This document shows, one piece after another, positions 48,968 through 58,117 of a stretch of 64,000 nt of DNA. The notes under the pieces were generated by a model, which was given only the letters and a program-made list of their open reading frames with translations, was not told the origin of the DNA and searched no databases. Within the stretch, counting starts at the first letter, position 1. Each line of letters starts with the position of its first letter. The stretch is from an uncultured Gammaproteobacteria bacterium (GTDB taxonomy: Bacteria > Patescibacteriota > Patescibacteriia > UBA1558 > S5-K13). The stretch is taken from the NCBI GenBank assembly GCA_964640635.1, contig CAZXFD010000003.1:1149-65148 (forward strand), given 5' to 3'. The translations under genes and the position numbers were made by a program.

Positions 48968-50014
48968 TTATTGATCGTTCAAAGCTCTTTTTTCTTGTAC
49001 TTTTTTTAATACTTCTACTCTTATTTCATCTCTTAATTTTGGATTCTCTTTTAAAAATATTCTTGTAGCTTCTCTTCCTACTCCGAGTTTCTCTTTTCCA
49101 AAAGAATACGAATTACCACTCTTCTCTATCACATCATAAGCAAGTGCGGTATCTATTACATCACCCTCTTTTGAAATTCCTTCATTATACAAGATATCAA
49201 ACTGACATGCAGTAAATGGTGCAGCAACCTTGTTCTTTACTATTTTACAATTAACGCGATTTCCTATTATTTCTTCCTTCTTCTTAATAACTGCCGCTTT
49301 TCTTACTTCTATTCTAAGTGATGAATAAAATTTTAGAGCTTTTCCACCGGGGGTTGTTTCTGGATTTCCAAAGTAAACCCCAATTTTCATTCTTATTTGA
49401 TTTATAAAAATCACAACTGTTTTGCTCTTTGAAATAACAGAAGTTAACTTTCTAAGCGCTTTACTCATTAGCCTTGCTTGAAGTCCAATTTGCTGATCTC
49501 CCATTTCTCCATCTATTTCTGCTTGAGGAACTAGGGCTGCAACTGAGTCTACGACAACAACATCAATTGCATTTGAACGAACCAATGTTTCAACTATTTC
49601 AAGCGCTTGTTCTGCAGCATCTGGTTGAGATAAAATCATATCATCTACATTTACACCAATTTTTTTTGCATAAGCTGGATCAAGAGCATGTTCTGCATCA
49701 ACAAATGCAACTATTCCACCTGCTTTTTGAGCCTCTGCAATAATATGCTGTGCTAATGTTGTTTTTCCAGACGACTCAGGTCCATATAATTCTACAACTC
49801 TTCCGCGGGGGACACCATTTACACCAAGTGCAATATCAAGACTTAAACATCCAGTACTAATAGAATCAACATTAACATTTCTAACATCTGACATTTTCAT
49901 AATAGCTCCTTGTCCAAATTTTTCTCTAATTTGATCAATAGCTTGCTCTGCTGCCTTAAATTTACTTTTTGATTCACTGCTCATTGCCTCCACGGCCTTT
50001 GTTTGTTTTTTCAT
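48968..50014 (-). CDS. recA: recombinase RecA
   Basis: [11 protein letters not shown] Walker A; L2 loop [23 protein letters not shown]. Confidence 0.95.
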   Translation of the reverse strand: MKKQTKAVEAMSSESKSKFKAAEQAIDQIREKFGQGAIMKMSDVRNVNVDSISTGCLSLDIALGVNGVPRGRVVELYGPESSGKTTLAQHIIAEAQKAGGIVAFVDAEHALDPAYAKKIGVNVDDMILSQPDAAEQALEIVETLVRSNAIDVVVVDSVAALVPQAEIDGEMGDQQIGLQARLMSKALRKLTSVISKSKTVVIFINQIRMKIGVYFGNPETTPGGKALKFYSSLRIEVRKAAVIKKKEEIIGNRVNCKIVKNKVAAPFTACQFDILYNEGISKEGDVIDTALAYDVIEKSGNSYSFGKEKLGVGREATRIFLKENPKLRDEIRVEVLKKVQEKRALNDQ

Positions 50015-50084
50015 GTTATTAGTGGGTTAGATAGTTAGTTGCATAGCTACATAGCTACGTGGCTAACTTGCCAACCATTAGTAA

Positions 50085-50750
50085 TTAATTCTTCTCTTTG
50101 AAAACAACAACATTTTCTATATGTTGACGGCCATGTTTTCTTTGGCTAATAATTTCAAAATTATTTAGCCCGTACTTCAACTTCACTTCTATGCTGAATA
50201 CCCCATCCTTTTCAAGAGATATGCCCTCTCCATTTATATATAGTAGGGCTTCTTCATCTGTCTTTCCATTTATTATAATCAAATTATCCTTTGTAATATA
50301 ATCTTTATTTGGGGATAATATTTCAAGCTTTGGAGGTTTCAAATAGTTGCTTGTTTCATAATAAATATATCCTAAAAAAAATATTAATACAACTATAAAA
50401 AATATCTTTCTAAACGTGTGCGGAGTTACATTATTTACATACTCTTTTATCTTGTTTTGTTTGATATCTGTCTTTTTTAATAAGTCTAATTCTTTGTGTT
50501 TTTTGTAATAATTAAAACTAAGACCAAAATGAACACCCAAAAATTCGCAATAAATTTTTAAAAAATTTTTTATATATATTTCCCCTGGTAATAATTGCCA
50601 ATTCTCATTTTCTATAGCATTTAAATATTCTACTGGAATTTTTAGTTTTACTGAAGCTTCTTTTATTGAATATCCCTTTGCTTCTCTTTTTAATTTCAAT
50701 TTATCTCCCAGTAAATCTTTCTTTAAATTTTTTTGCTTAAATTTCAACAT
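50085..50750 (-). CDS. rodZ: RodZ-like cytoskeleton protein (HTH + TM + C-terminal domain)
   Basis: N-terminal XRE-type HTH (LKREAKGYSIKEASVKLKIPVEYLNAIENENW), central TM helix, C-terminal beta-rich domain. Confidence 0.55.
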   Translation of the reverse strand: MLKFKQKNLKKDLLGDKLKLKREAKGYSIKEASVKLKIPVEYLNAIENENWQLLPGEIYIKNFLKIYCEFLGVHFGLSFNYYKKHKELDLLKKTDIKQNKIKEYVNNVTPHTFRKIFFIVVLIFFLGYIYYETSNYLKPPKLEILSPNKDYITKDNLIIINGKTDEEALLYINGEGISLEKDGVFSIEVKLKYGLNNFEIISQRKHGRQHIENVVVFKEKN

Positions 50751-50774
50751 ACTCGAGATATTAACTATTTATTC

Positions 50775-53186
50775 TTATTTTTCTTCTTCCTCAAATTCTA
50801 TTTCATCATCATCTTCTTCTCCTACAAAACTATCGCCTACGTCAATATCATTTACTTTTTTAAGTGCATCACTTACAAGCTCGTTAGCTAATATCGTATT
50901 TGCCTCTACTGGAAAATCTTCATCATCTAGTCCAATGGCATTTTCCTCTTCCTCAGCTTGTGCCTCAGCGTGCTCCATAAAAGTGCCTTGTGAACCAAGC
51001 TTTGCTATTTCCTGATCTTCTATGTCTTCTTGTGTTATGAGCACATCACGAGGCTTAGGACCATTTGCAGGACCAACATATCCAAGTGACTCAAGCTGAT
51101 CTAGTATTTTAGCTGCCCTTGCATATCCAACGCTTAATTTTCTCTGAAATAGCGTTGCTGACGCCTTATCATAATTTACGACAATTTGTTTTGCTTGATC
51201 AACTAGTGGATCCCAGTTTTCTATCTTGCCATTTAGTCCTGCTACAGCGCCTTCATGTGGATCTGTAATCTCAGGTAAATATTCTGGACTTGCTTGTTTT
51301 TTCAAGAAATCAATTACAGCATCTTTTTCTTCCTCTGATATAAATGCTCCCTGAAGTCTTCGTGGCTTTGAAAGCTCTGCTGATATAAAGAGCATGTCTC
51401 CTTTACCAAGTAATTTTTCAGCACCTCCAGTATCGAGAACTGTTCTTGAGTCTATCTGAGACGCAACTGAAAATGCAATACGGGAAGTAATATTTGCTTT
51501 AATAAGACCAGTTATAACATTTACTGATGGGCGTTGTGTTGCAAGAACCAAATGAATTCCTACTGCTCTTGCCATTTGAGCAAGTCTTATAATAGATGTT
51601 TCTGCTTCAACTGGATTAACAAGCATTACTTCAGCAAGTTCATCAATAACTATGACAATACTTGGCATTCTATCTTCTACCTTTGAAACAGATTGATTGT
51701 AACTAGATATATCTTTTCTTCCAGCACGTTCTAAAAGCTCATACCTTCGCTCCATTTCAGCTACAGACCACTTAAGAGCATTTACTGTTTTGTCTGCCTT
51801 GGTAATAACTGGAGTAAGTAAATGTGGAATGCCATTGTATGGGGAAAGTTCTACTCTTTTTGGATCAACAAAAATAAATTTGAGTTCATTTGGATTAAGT
51901 CTATATAATAAACTAAGTATCAAACAGTTTACCATCACAGACTTACCACTTCCAGTAGCTCCTGCAATAAGCAAATGTGGCATCTTATCAAGATTGACTG
52001 CAATATTTTTTCCAGTAACATCTTTTCCAAGGGCGAATACTAAATGTCCATCTGATTGCTTGAAAACATTATCTGAGAGAATTTCACGAAGTCTCACGAT
52101 AGAAACAATTCTATTTGGAACCTCGATACCTACAAGTGACTTACCAGGAATTGGAGCCTCTATTCTAAGGGGGTGAGCTGCAAGTGATAGTGCAAGATTG
52201 TCCTGTAGTGCACCAATTTTTGCAAGCCTCACGCTTTCATCTGGTTTCAGTGTAAACTGAGTTACAGTAGGACCCACATTTACGTCACTCATTTCAACAT
52301 TTATACCAAAATTTGCCAAAGTTTTTCTAATCTTTTCTTTTCCAGCTTCTATATCACAACTTGCTGGGGTTGATTTTTTATCACTCAATAATTCCATTGG
52401 AATTTTGATATCTCTATAAACTTTTCTTTTTTTCTCTTGTTCTTGTGGAACTGCAGAAAACTTTTCTGATATATTGCTGTCCTTGTCACCTATATTTTTA
52501 CCTTGTTTTTTATCAAATAAAGATTCTTGAACCAAGCTATCAGCACTATCTGGATCATCATCAATTATCTCTTCATACTCTTCTTCATATTGAGCTCTTT
52601 CTCTTCTTATCTTCATTTTCTTTCTTAGAGTATTTATAAAATTGAGCTCGCTTATTGATAAGTCAAACATTATCAAAATTGATACTACAAATAATCCAAA
52701 AAGTATTATAAGAGACCCCCACATTCCTGAAAGCTCGTAAAGTGGCCAATAAAAAATCATACCAATATATCCACCACCTCGACCTGATAACAACTCTTCT
52801 TTTACACTATTTGAATCAATAAAAAGATTCAAAATTCCAGATGAGCTAAGCACAAAAAGCAAAAGTCCAAGATAGTGTCTTAGACCAATATTATATTTAC
52901 TTGGAAACAAATACATATATCCCAAAATTATAAAAACTATTGGCGTGATAAAATGAAGCCAACCAAATATGACACTTGTTCCTATTGTAAGATACTTTCC
53001 TAAAGCCCCAACAAGATCAAATAATCCTAGAAAACTTATGAAACCAAATATCAAAAGAAATACAACGAATATTCCTTTCTTTGTTTCTGGGGATAGACGA
53101 GAGATCATGTTGCCAACTTTTGGTTCATCAAATCTCTGTTTTTTTATATAAGTTCTTTTTGCTAATGTTCTTCTTTTTTTTCGCAT
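50775..53186 (-). CDS. ftsK: DNA translocase FtsK/SpoIIIE
   Basis: N-terminal TM helices; Walker A LIAGATGSGKSV; C-terminal winged-helix gamma domain; acidic tail. Confidence 0.9.
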   Translation of the reverse strand: MRKKRRTLAKRTYIKKQRFDEPKVGNMISRLSPETKKGIFVVFLLIFGFISFLGLFDLVGALGKYLTIGTSVIFGWLHFITPIVFIILGYMYLFPSKYNIGLRHYLGLLLFVLSSSGILNLFIDSNSVKEELLSGRGGGYIGMIFYWPLYELSGMWGSLIILFGLFVVSILIMFDLSISELNFINTLRKKMKIRRERAQYEEEYEEIIDDDPDSADSLVQESLFDKKQGKNIGDKDSNISEKFSAVPQEQEKKRKVYRDIKIPMELLSDKKSTPASCDIEAGKEKIRKTLANFGINVEMSDVNVGPTVTQFTLKPDESVRLAKIGALQDNLALSLAAHPLRIEAPIPGKSLVGIEVPNRIVSIVRLREILSDNVFKQSDGHLVFALGKDVTGKNIAVNLDKMPHLLIAGATGSGKSVMVNCLILSLLYRLNPNELKFIFVDPKRVELSPYNGIPHLLTPVITKADKTVNALKWSVAEMERRYELLERAGRKDISSYNQSVSKVEDRMPSIVIVIDELAEVMLVNPVEAETSIIRLAQMARAVGIHLVLATQRPSVNVITGLIKANITSRIAFSVASQIDSRTVLDTGGAEKLLGKGDMLFISAELSKPRRLQGAFISEEEKDAVIDFLKKQASPEYLPEITDPHEGAVAGLNGKIENWDPLVDQAKQIVVNYDKASATLFQRKLSVGYARAAKILDQLESLGYVGPANGPKPRDVLITQEDIEDQEIAKLGSQGTFMEHAEAQAEEEENAIGLDDEDFPVEANTILANELVSDALKKVNDIDVGDSFVGEEDDDEIEFEEEEK

Positions 53187-53344
53187 ATTAAAAAAGCTAA
53201 ATCTTGTTTAATTTATGTAGATATTATAGCATTTTTTAAAATATTTGAATAATCTTTAAAAATAAAAAAATCCCGCCTGCAAACACACATTGAAGTGCAA
53301 CTGCAAACGGGAAATTATACTATTATTTTATTTTTTGTCTTAAA

Positions 53345-53914
53345 CTAAGTCCCTATTTCACCGCCTTTAAAAGTACGACTTACAGAAATAAGGAACTTAA
53401 TGATCCCAAATACAACCGCCCAAATAACCATGACTATTAAAATACTGATCCAAATATTGGGCATTTCAGAAACATACTTAAATACAAGCTCTCCCTTATC
53501 TGAAAAATAGGCAACGTTTTGAAAATCATGTATCTCGTAAAAAAAATACATGATTGTCCCTGGAATGCTTGGGTACGATTTCCATATATGTATGCCAAAA
53601 TTGTATTCCGAGTAATCCTTGACTCCACTATCCCGTATCATCATACTACCATATGAAAGGCTTGCATCTTTCCCCCAGCCAAGAGCTTCTTCCAAAGGAA
53701 CGTTTGCCTTTATGATTGGGGTGTTTCTAGGCTCGATATTAGAGGCATCATAAATTACACCTTCAAACTGCGAAATGTCCAAAACCTTAGTTTCTCCGGG
53801 TCTAGGAAGTCCTCTTTGAGATAATGGACTCATTCCCCAAGATATTAACATAGATAATGCCAATGCGATACCTGCTATTAAAAGCGTCTTTTTTGTATTC
53901 TTCGAGATTTTCAT
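53345..53914 (-). CDS. hypothetical bitopic membrane protein (189 aa)
   Basis: N-terminal signal anchor and C-terminal TM helix. Confidence 0.4.
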   Translation of the reverse strand: MKISKNTKKTLLIAGIALALSMLISWGMSPLSQRGLPRPGETKVLDISQFEGVIYDASNIEPRNTPIIKANVPLEEALGWGKDASLSYGSMMIRDSGVKDYSEYNFGIHIWKSYPSIPGTIMYFFYEIHDFQNVAYFSDKGELVFKYVSEMPNIWISILIVMVIWAVVFGIIKFLISVSRTFKGGEIGT

Positions 53915-53996
53915 TTCATCCTCCTAAGGATTTAGATTTTTGTTATTATTTAACAAATTATATTATCATATAGCCCATATTTTGTCAATGGTAAAT

Positions 53997-54026
53997 GGGG
54001 GCCAGGACCCGAGCGGGTCCTGGCCC
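53997..54026. other. isolated GC-rich perfect hairpin (12-13-bp stem)
   Basis: GGGGGCCAGGACCCGAGCGGGTCCTGGCCC is 100% complementary arm to arm, in a roughly 28% GC genome. Confidence 0.6.
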
Positions 54027-54030
54027 AAAC

Positions 54031-54068
54031 AAAAAAACTCGGTGCATTGTCTGCGACCGAGTCTTTTT
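54031..54068 (-). terminator. rpoC terminator (bidirectional-type hairpin)
   Basis: actcggt..accgagt hairpin flanked by A6 and T5. Confidence 0.65.
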
Positions 54069-54099
54069 AGTATAGCTATTTTCAAAACGTCTAAATAAT

Positions 54100-57000
54100 T
54101 TAGCTAATATCTTTTGCCTTAAAACCAGTTCCAGCTGGGATAAGACGTCCAACAATTACATTTTCCTTTAGACCCTTAAGTACATCTATTTGACCTTTTA
54201 TAGAAGCATTTATAAGAACTCTTGCTGTCTCTTGGAAAGATGCAGCTGATAAGAATGAATCTGTTGTAAGAGATGCCTTTGTAATTCCAAGTATAAGTGT
54301 CTTACCGTTTGCCTCTTTCTTTCCTTGTTTCTTTGCTATAGTATTTATTCTTGTATATTGAGACTTTGTAACTATCTCTCCTGGAATAAGCTCCGTATCT
54401 CCTTGATCAGCAATATATACTCTTGAGAACATCTGACGACATACAATTTCAATATGTTTATCATTCAATTTCTGACCTTGAGAAGAGTAAATATGTTGAA
54501 TTTCTCTTATGATATAATTTTGAACAACATCTTCGCCACGAAGTGCAAATAATTTTTTCAAATTAATACTTCCTTCAGTAAGCTGTGTTCCTTCTCCTAC
54601 AAGCTCTCCATCTTTTACCCAAATACTTATATCAGCAGGCACAATGTATTCTGCCTCTATTGGTCTTACAGAAATAATCTCCAGTTTGCCCTTCTTTAGA
54701 TTTATAACTCCTGGGTTAAGTGACTGAGTCTTCTTTCCATTTATATCAAAGATAGCTTGCTTTTTCTTGATCTCGTCTTTATCTTTTACTAATATGTTCA
54801 TTTCATCTGTAACATCATATCTTTCCAAAACATTTTCCTCTGATATAACTCTAATTCTCTTTGATTTTTTATTACCAGCACCTTCATCATAGTCAGATAT
54901 TACAATTTTTCCAGCAAGGTCACTTATAAAAGCTTGCATCTTTGGAGTTCTTACTTCCAAAATTTCTTCAACTCTTGGTAAACCTTGAGTAATATCTCCA
55001 CCAGCAATACCTCCAGTGTGGAAGGTTCTCATAGTAAGCTGAGTACCAGGCTCACCAATTGACTGTGCCGCTATAATTCCAGTTGCTGTTCCAATCTTTA
55101 CAAGCTTATTATATCCCAAATCGTATCCATAACATTTCTGACAAATTCCATCTTCAGCTTTACATGTAAGGATAGACCTAATATGAATACTATCTACTCC
55201 AGACTCATCTATTAGCTGTGCTGCCTTTTTATCTATTATAGAGTCTTTCTTTACTATTACTTCGCTAGTTTTTGGATTTAGTACTTCGGTCAATGTAAAT
55301 CTTCCCAAAACTCTATTACCCAAAGTCTTGCTCATTTCTTCTGAGTCTTTCTTTGTAATAATTTTTCCTTCTTTATCATGACAATCATCAGAGAGAACCA
55401 TGACATCTTGAGAAACATCTACTAGTCTTCTTGTTAGGTATCCTGCACTAGCAGTACGAAGGGCAGTATCAGATAGTCCTTTTCTAGTACCATGAGTTGA
55501 GATAAAGTATTCCAATACATCTAGTCCTTCGTTAAAGTTAGCCTTAATAGGAAGTTCTATAATTTCTCCAGCTGGGTTAATCACGAGACCTTTCATACCC
55601 ATGATCTGAGTCATCTGACTCCATGCTCCTCTTGCTCCTGAATTAATCATAGAATAAACTGGATTGTCTTTATCAAATACTTTTTTACTCTTATCTGTAA
55701 TTTCATTTTTTACTCTTGTCCAAATCTCAATTGCTTTTACATATCTTTCTTTATTGGTCAAAAATCCATTATCATACAAATCATGAATTTTCAAAATTTC
55801 TTCATTTGCTTTTTTGATAAGAGCTGGTTTTTCATCAATTTTTGGAAGATCCATCATGCTCCAAGAAAGACCAGATTTTGTAATAAACTTGAATGTAAGT
55901 TTCTTGAGTCTATCCAAAAATTCTATAGCAACTTCATTTCCATAAAGATCCAATATCTTTGCTACGAATTCTTTCAAATTGCCTGATCTAATTTCTTCAT
56001 TTAAGAATCTCAAATCTTCTGGAACAATCTTATTGAAAATAATACGTCCTACAGAAGTTTTTATTATTTCACCCTTTCTTCTTACCTTAATAAGTTCTTG
56101 CAATTTGATTTTCTCTAAATCATAAGCAGTAAGAGCTGATTCTCTATTTGAAAAGATCTTTATTTTTTCTTCTGCTATATCGTCGTATGGAATAGTTGTT
56201 AAGTAATTTGCTCCCCATACCATATCTTGTGCTGGAGTAACTATAGGATCCCCTGTTGCAGGCTTTAATAAGTTCTTTGATGAAAGCATTATTTCTTCTG
56301 CTTCTTTTCTAGCATTTTTTGACAAAGGAACATGTACCGCCATCTGATCTCCATCAAAGTCAGCATTAAAAGCAGTACATACCATAGGATGAATTCTGAT
56401 AGCTTTTCCTTCAATAAGTTTTGGTCTAAATGCTTGAATACCTAATCTATGTAAGGTTGGGGCGCGATTTAATAAGACATATGACTTGTCAGTAATTTCT
56501 TCAAGCATATCCCATACATCGTCATTTCCCATTTCAATATATCTTTTTGCACTTCTTACATTATGGGCTATTTCTCTTTCAATAAGTTTTGCAATTACGA
56601 AAGGCTTAAAAAGTTCAAGCGCCATTGTCTTTGGAATACCACATTCATCAAGTTTCAAGTGTGGTCCTACAACAATTACAGAACGACCTGAGTAATCCAC
56701 ACGTTTTCCAAGCAAGTTTCTTCTAAATCTTCCTTGTTTTCCTTTCAACATATCTGCTAGACTCTTCAACATTCTCTTTTGACCAGTTGAAGCTGTAACT
56801 GTTTTTCCATGTCTTGCATTATTATCTATTAAAGCATCTACTGCCTCTTGTAACATTCTTTTTTCATTTCTAAGAATTACTTCCGGTGCATTTAAATCTT
56901 TAAGTCTTTTTAATCTATTATTTCTATTAATAACTCTTCTATATAAATCATTTAAGTCGGATGTTGCAAATCTTCCACCATCAAGCTGAACCATAGGACG

Positions 57001-58002
57001 TAAATCTGGTGGAATAACAGGAAGAGATGTAAGTATCATCCATTCTGGACGAATTTCATTTTTTATAAAATTCTGAATCAATCTTGCACGTCTAATAAGT
57101 TTCTTTTGTTTTGATGCGGGAGAATCTTGGATTTTTTCGTTTACATCTTCGAGTAAAAGATTTAAGTCAATTTTCTTAAGTAATTTTCTGATTGCTTCTG
57201 CTCCAATGTCTGCATTAAATATATGACCATACTTAAGAGATAATTCTTTATATACACTCTCTGAAATTATCTTAAGTGGCTTTATTGCTTTTAGCTCTTT
57301 CTTTGCCATCTCAGCAGCTTCTTCTAATTCACTTGAATCTTTTGCTTTTATCTCTAGTGCAGAATTTTTTTCTACTTCCAACTTTGCAATTTCCCCTAAA
57401 TTTTTGCTTTCCAATTTGATAGCTTCTATTTTTTTATCAATTTCAAGTATTGTATCTTCTGCTCTTTTCAAAATTGCTTTTGTTTTTTGTTTGAATTCTT
57501 GATTAATTTGAAGGAGTACTTCTTTTTTCAAATCTTCATTTACATCAGTTACTATAAAGTTTGCAAAATAAACAACTTTTTCAAGCCTTTGAATTGATAA
57601 ATCAAGTATGATACCCACCTTTGAAGGAACACCTCTTAAAAACCAGATGTGAGAAACTGGAGTAGAGAGCTCAATATGGCCAAATCTTTCTCTTCTTACA
57701 ATTTTCTTTGTAACTTCAACTCCACACTTGTCACAAACTATTCCCTTGTATCTTATTCTTTTGTATTTTCCGCAATAACATTCCCAGTCCTTTGTAGGAC
57801 CAAAAATTCTCTCGCAAAAAAGACCATCCTTTTCTGGTTTTTGAGTTCTATAATTTATAGTTTCTGGTTTTAAAACCTCACCATGTGACCAGGATTTAAC
57901 ATTTTCTGGAGAAGCCAAGACTACTCTTATAGAATTAAAATAAGGTAATCTATTTATGTCGGCAAAAGCTGGATTTAGCTTTGGGTTAGAAGAATTTGAC
58001 AT
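54100..58002 (-). CDS. rpoC: DNA-directed RNA polymerase subunit beta'
   Basis: NADFDGDQM catalytic motif; 1300 aa. Confidence 0.97.
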   Translation of the reverse strand: MSNSSNPKLNPAFADINRLPYFNSIRVVLASPENVKSWSHGEVLKPETINYRTQKPEKDGLFCERIFGPTKDWECYCGKYKRIRYKGIVCDKCGVEVTKKIVRRERFGHIELSTPVSHIWFLRGVPSKVGIILDLSIQRLEKVVYFANFIVTDVNEDLKKEVLLQINQEFKQKTKAILKRAEDTILEIDKKIEAIKLESKNLGEIAKLEVEKNSALEIKAKDSSELEEAAEMAKKELKAIKPLKIISESVYKELSLKYGHIFNADIGAEAIRKLLKKIDLNLLLEDVNEKIQDSPASKQKKLIRRARLIQNFIKNEIRPEWMILTSLPVIPPDLRPMVQLDGGRFATSDLNDLYRRVINRNNRLKRLKDLNAPEVILRNEKRMLQEAVDALIDNNARHGKTVTASTGQKRMLKSLADMLKGKQGRFRRNLLGKRVDYSGRSVIVVGPHLKLDECGIPKTMALELFKPFVIAKLIEREIAHNVRSAKRYIEMGNDDVWDMLEEITDKSYVLLNRAPTLHRLGIQAFRPKLIEGKAIRIHPMVCTAFNADFDGDQMAVHVPLSKNARKEAEEIMLSSKNLLKPATGDPIVTPAQDMVWGANYLTTIPYDDIAEEKIKIFSNRESALTAYDLEKIKLQELIKVRRKGEIIKTSVGRIIFNKIVPEDLRFLNEEIRSGNLKEFVAKILDLYGNEVAIEFLDRLKKLTFKFITKSGLSWSMMDLPKIDEKPALIKKANEEILKIHDLYDNGFLTNKERYVKAIEIWTRVKNEITDKSKKVFDKDNPVYSMINSGARGAWSQMTQIMGMKGLVINPAGEIIELPIKANFNEGLDVLEYFISTHGTRKGLSDTALRTASAGYLTRRLVDVSQDVMVLSDDCHDKEGKIITKKDSEEMSKTLGNRVLGRFTLTEVLNPKTSEVIVKKDSIIDKKAAQLIDESGVDSIHIRSILTCKAEDGICQKCYGYDLGYNKLVKIGTATGIIAAQSIGEPGTQLTMRTFHTGGIAGGDITQGLPRVEEILEVRTPKMQAFISDLAGKIVISDYDEGAGNKKSKRIRVISEENVLERYDVTDEMNILVKDKDEIKKKQAIFDINGKKTQSLNPGVINLKKGKLEIISVRPIEAEYIVPADISIWVKDGELVGEGTQLTEGSINLKKLFALRGEDVVQNYIIREIQHIYSSQGQKLNDKHIEIVCRQMFSRVYIADQGDTELIPGEIVTKSQYTRINTIAKKQGKKEANGKTLILGITKASLTTDSFLSAASFQETARVLINASIKGQIDVLKGLKENVIVGRLIPAGTGFKAKDIS

Positions 58003-58067
58003 ATTGTTTTAATAATTTATTTAATGATTATTTTTAATATTTTAAACCTAATTTAATTAACTAGTTT

Positions 58068-58100
58068 CGTAGTTACTTAGATAAACTCTAAGTAACTACG
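58068..58100. other. perfect 13-bp inverted repeat in the rpoB-rpoC spacer
   Basis: CGTAGTTACTTAG-ataaact-CTAAGTAACTACG. Confidence 0.7.
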
Positions 58101-58117
58101 TGACTAAGTAACTAATT

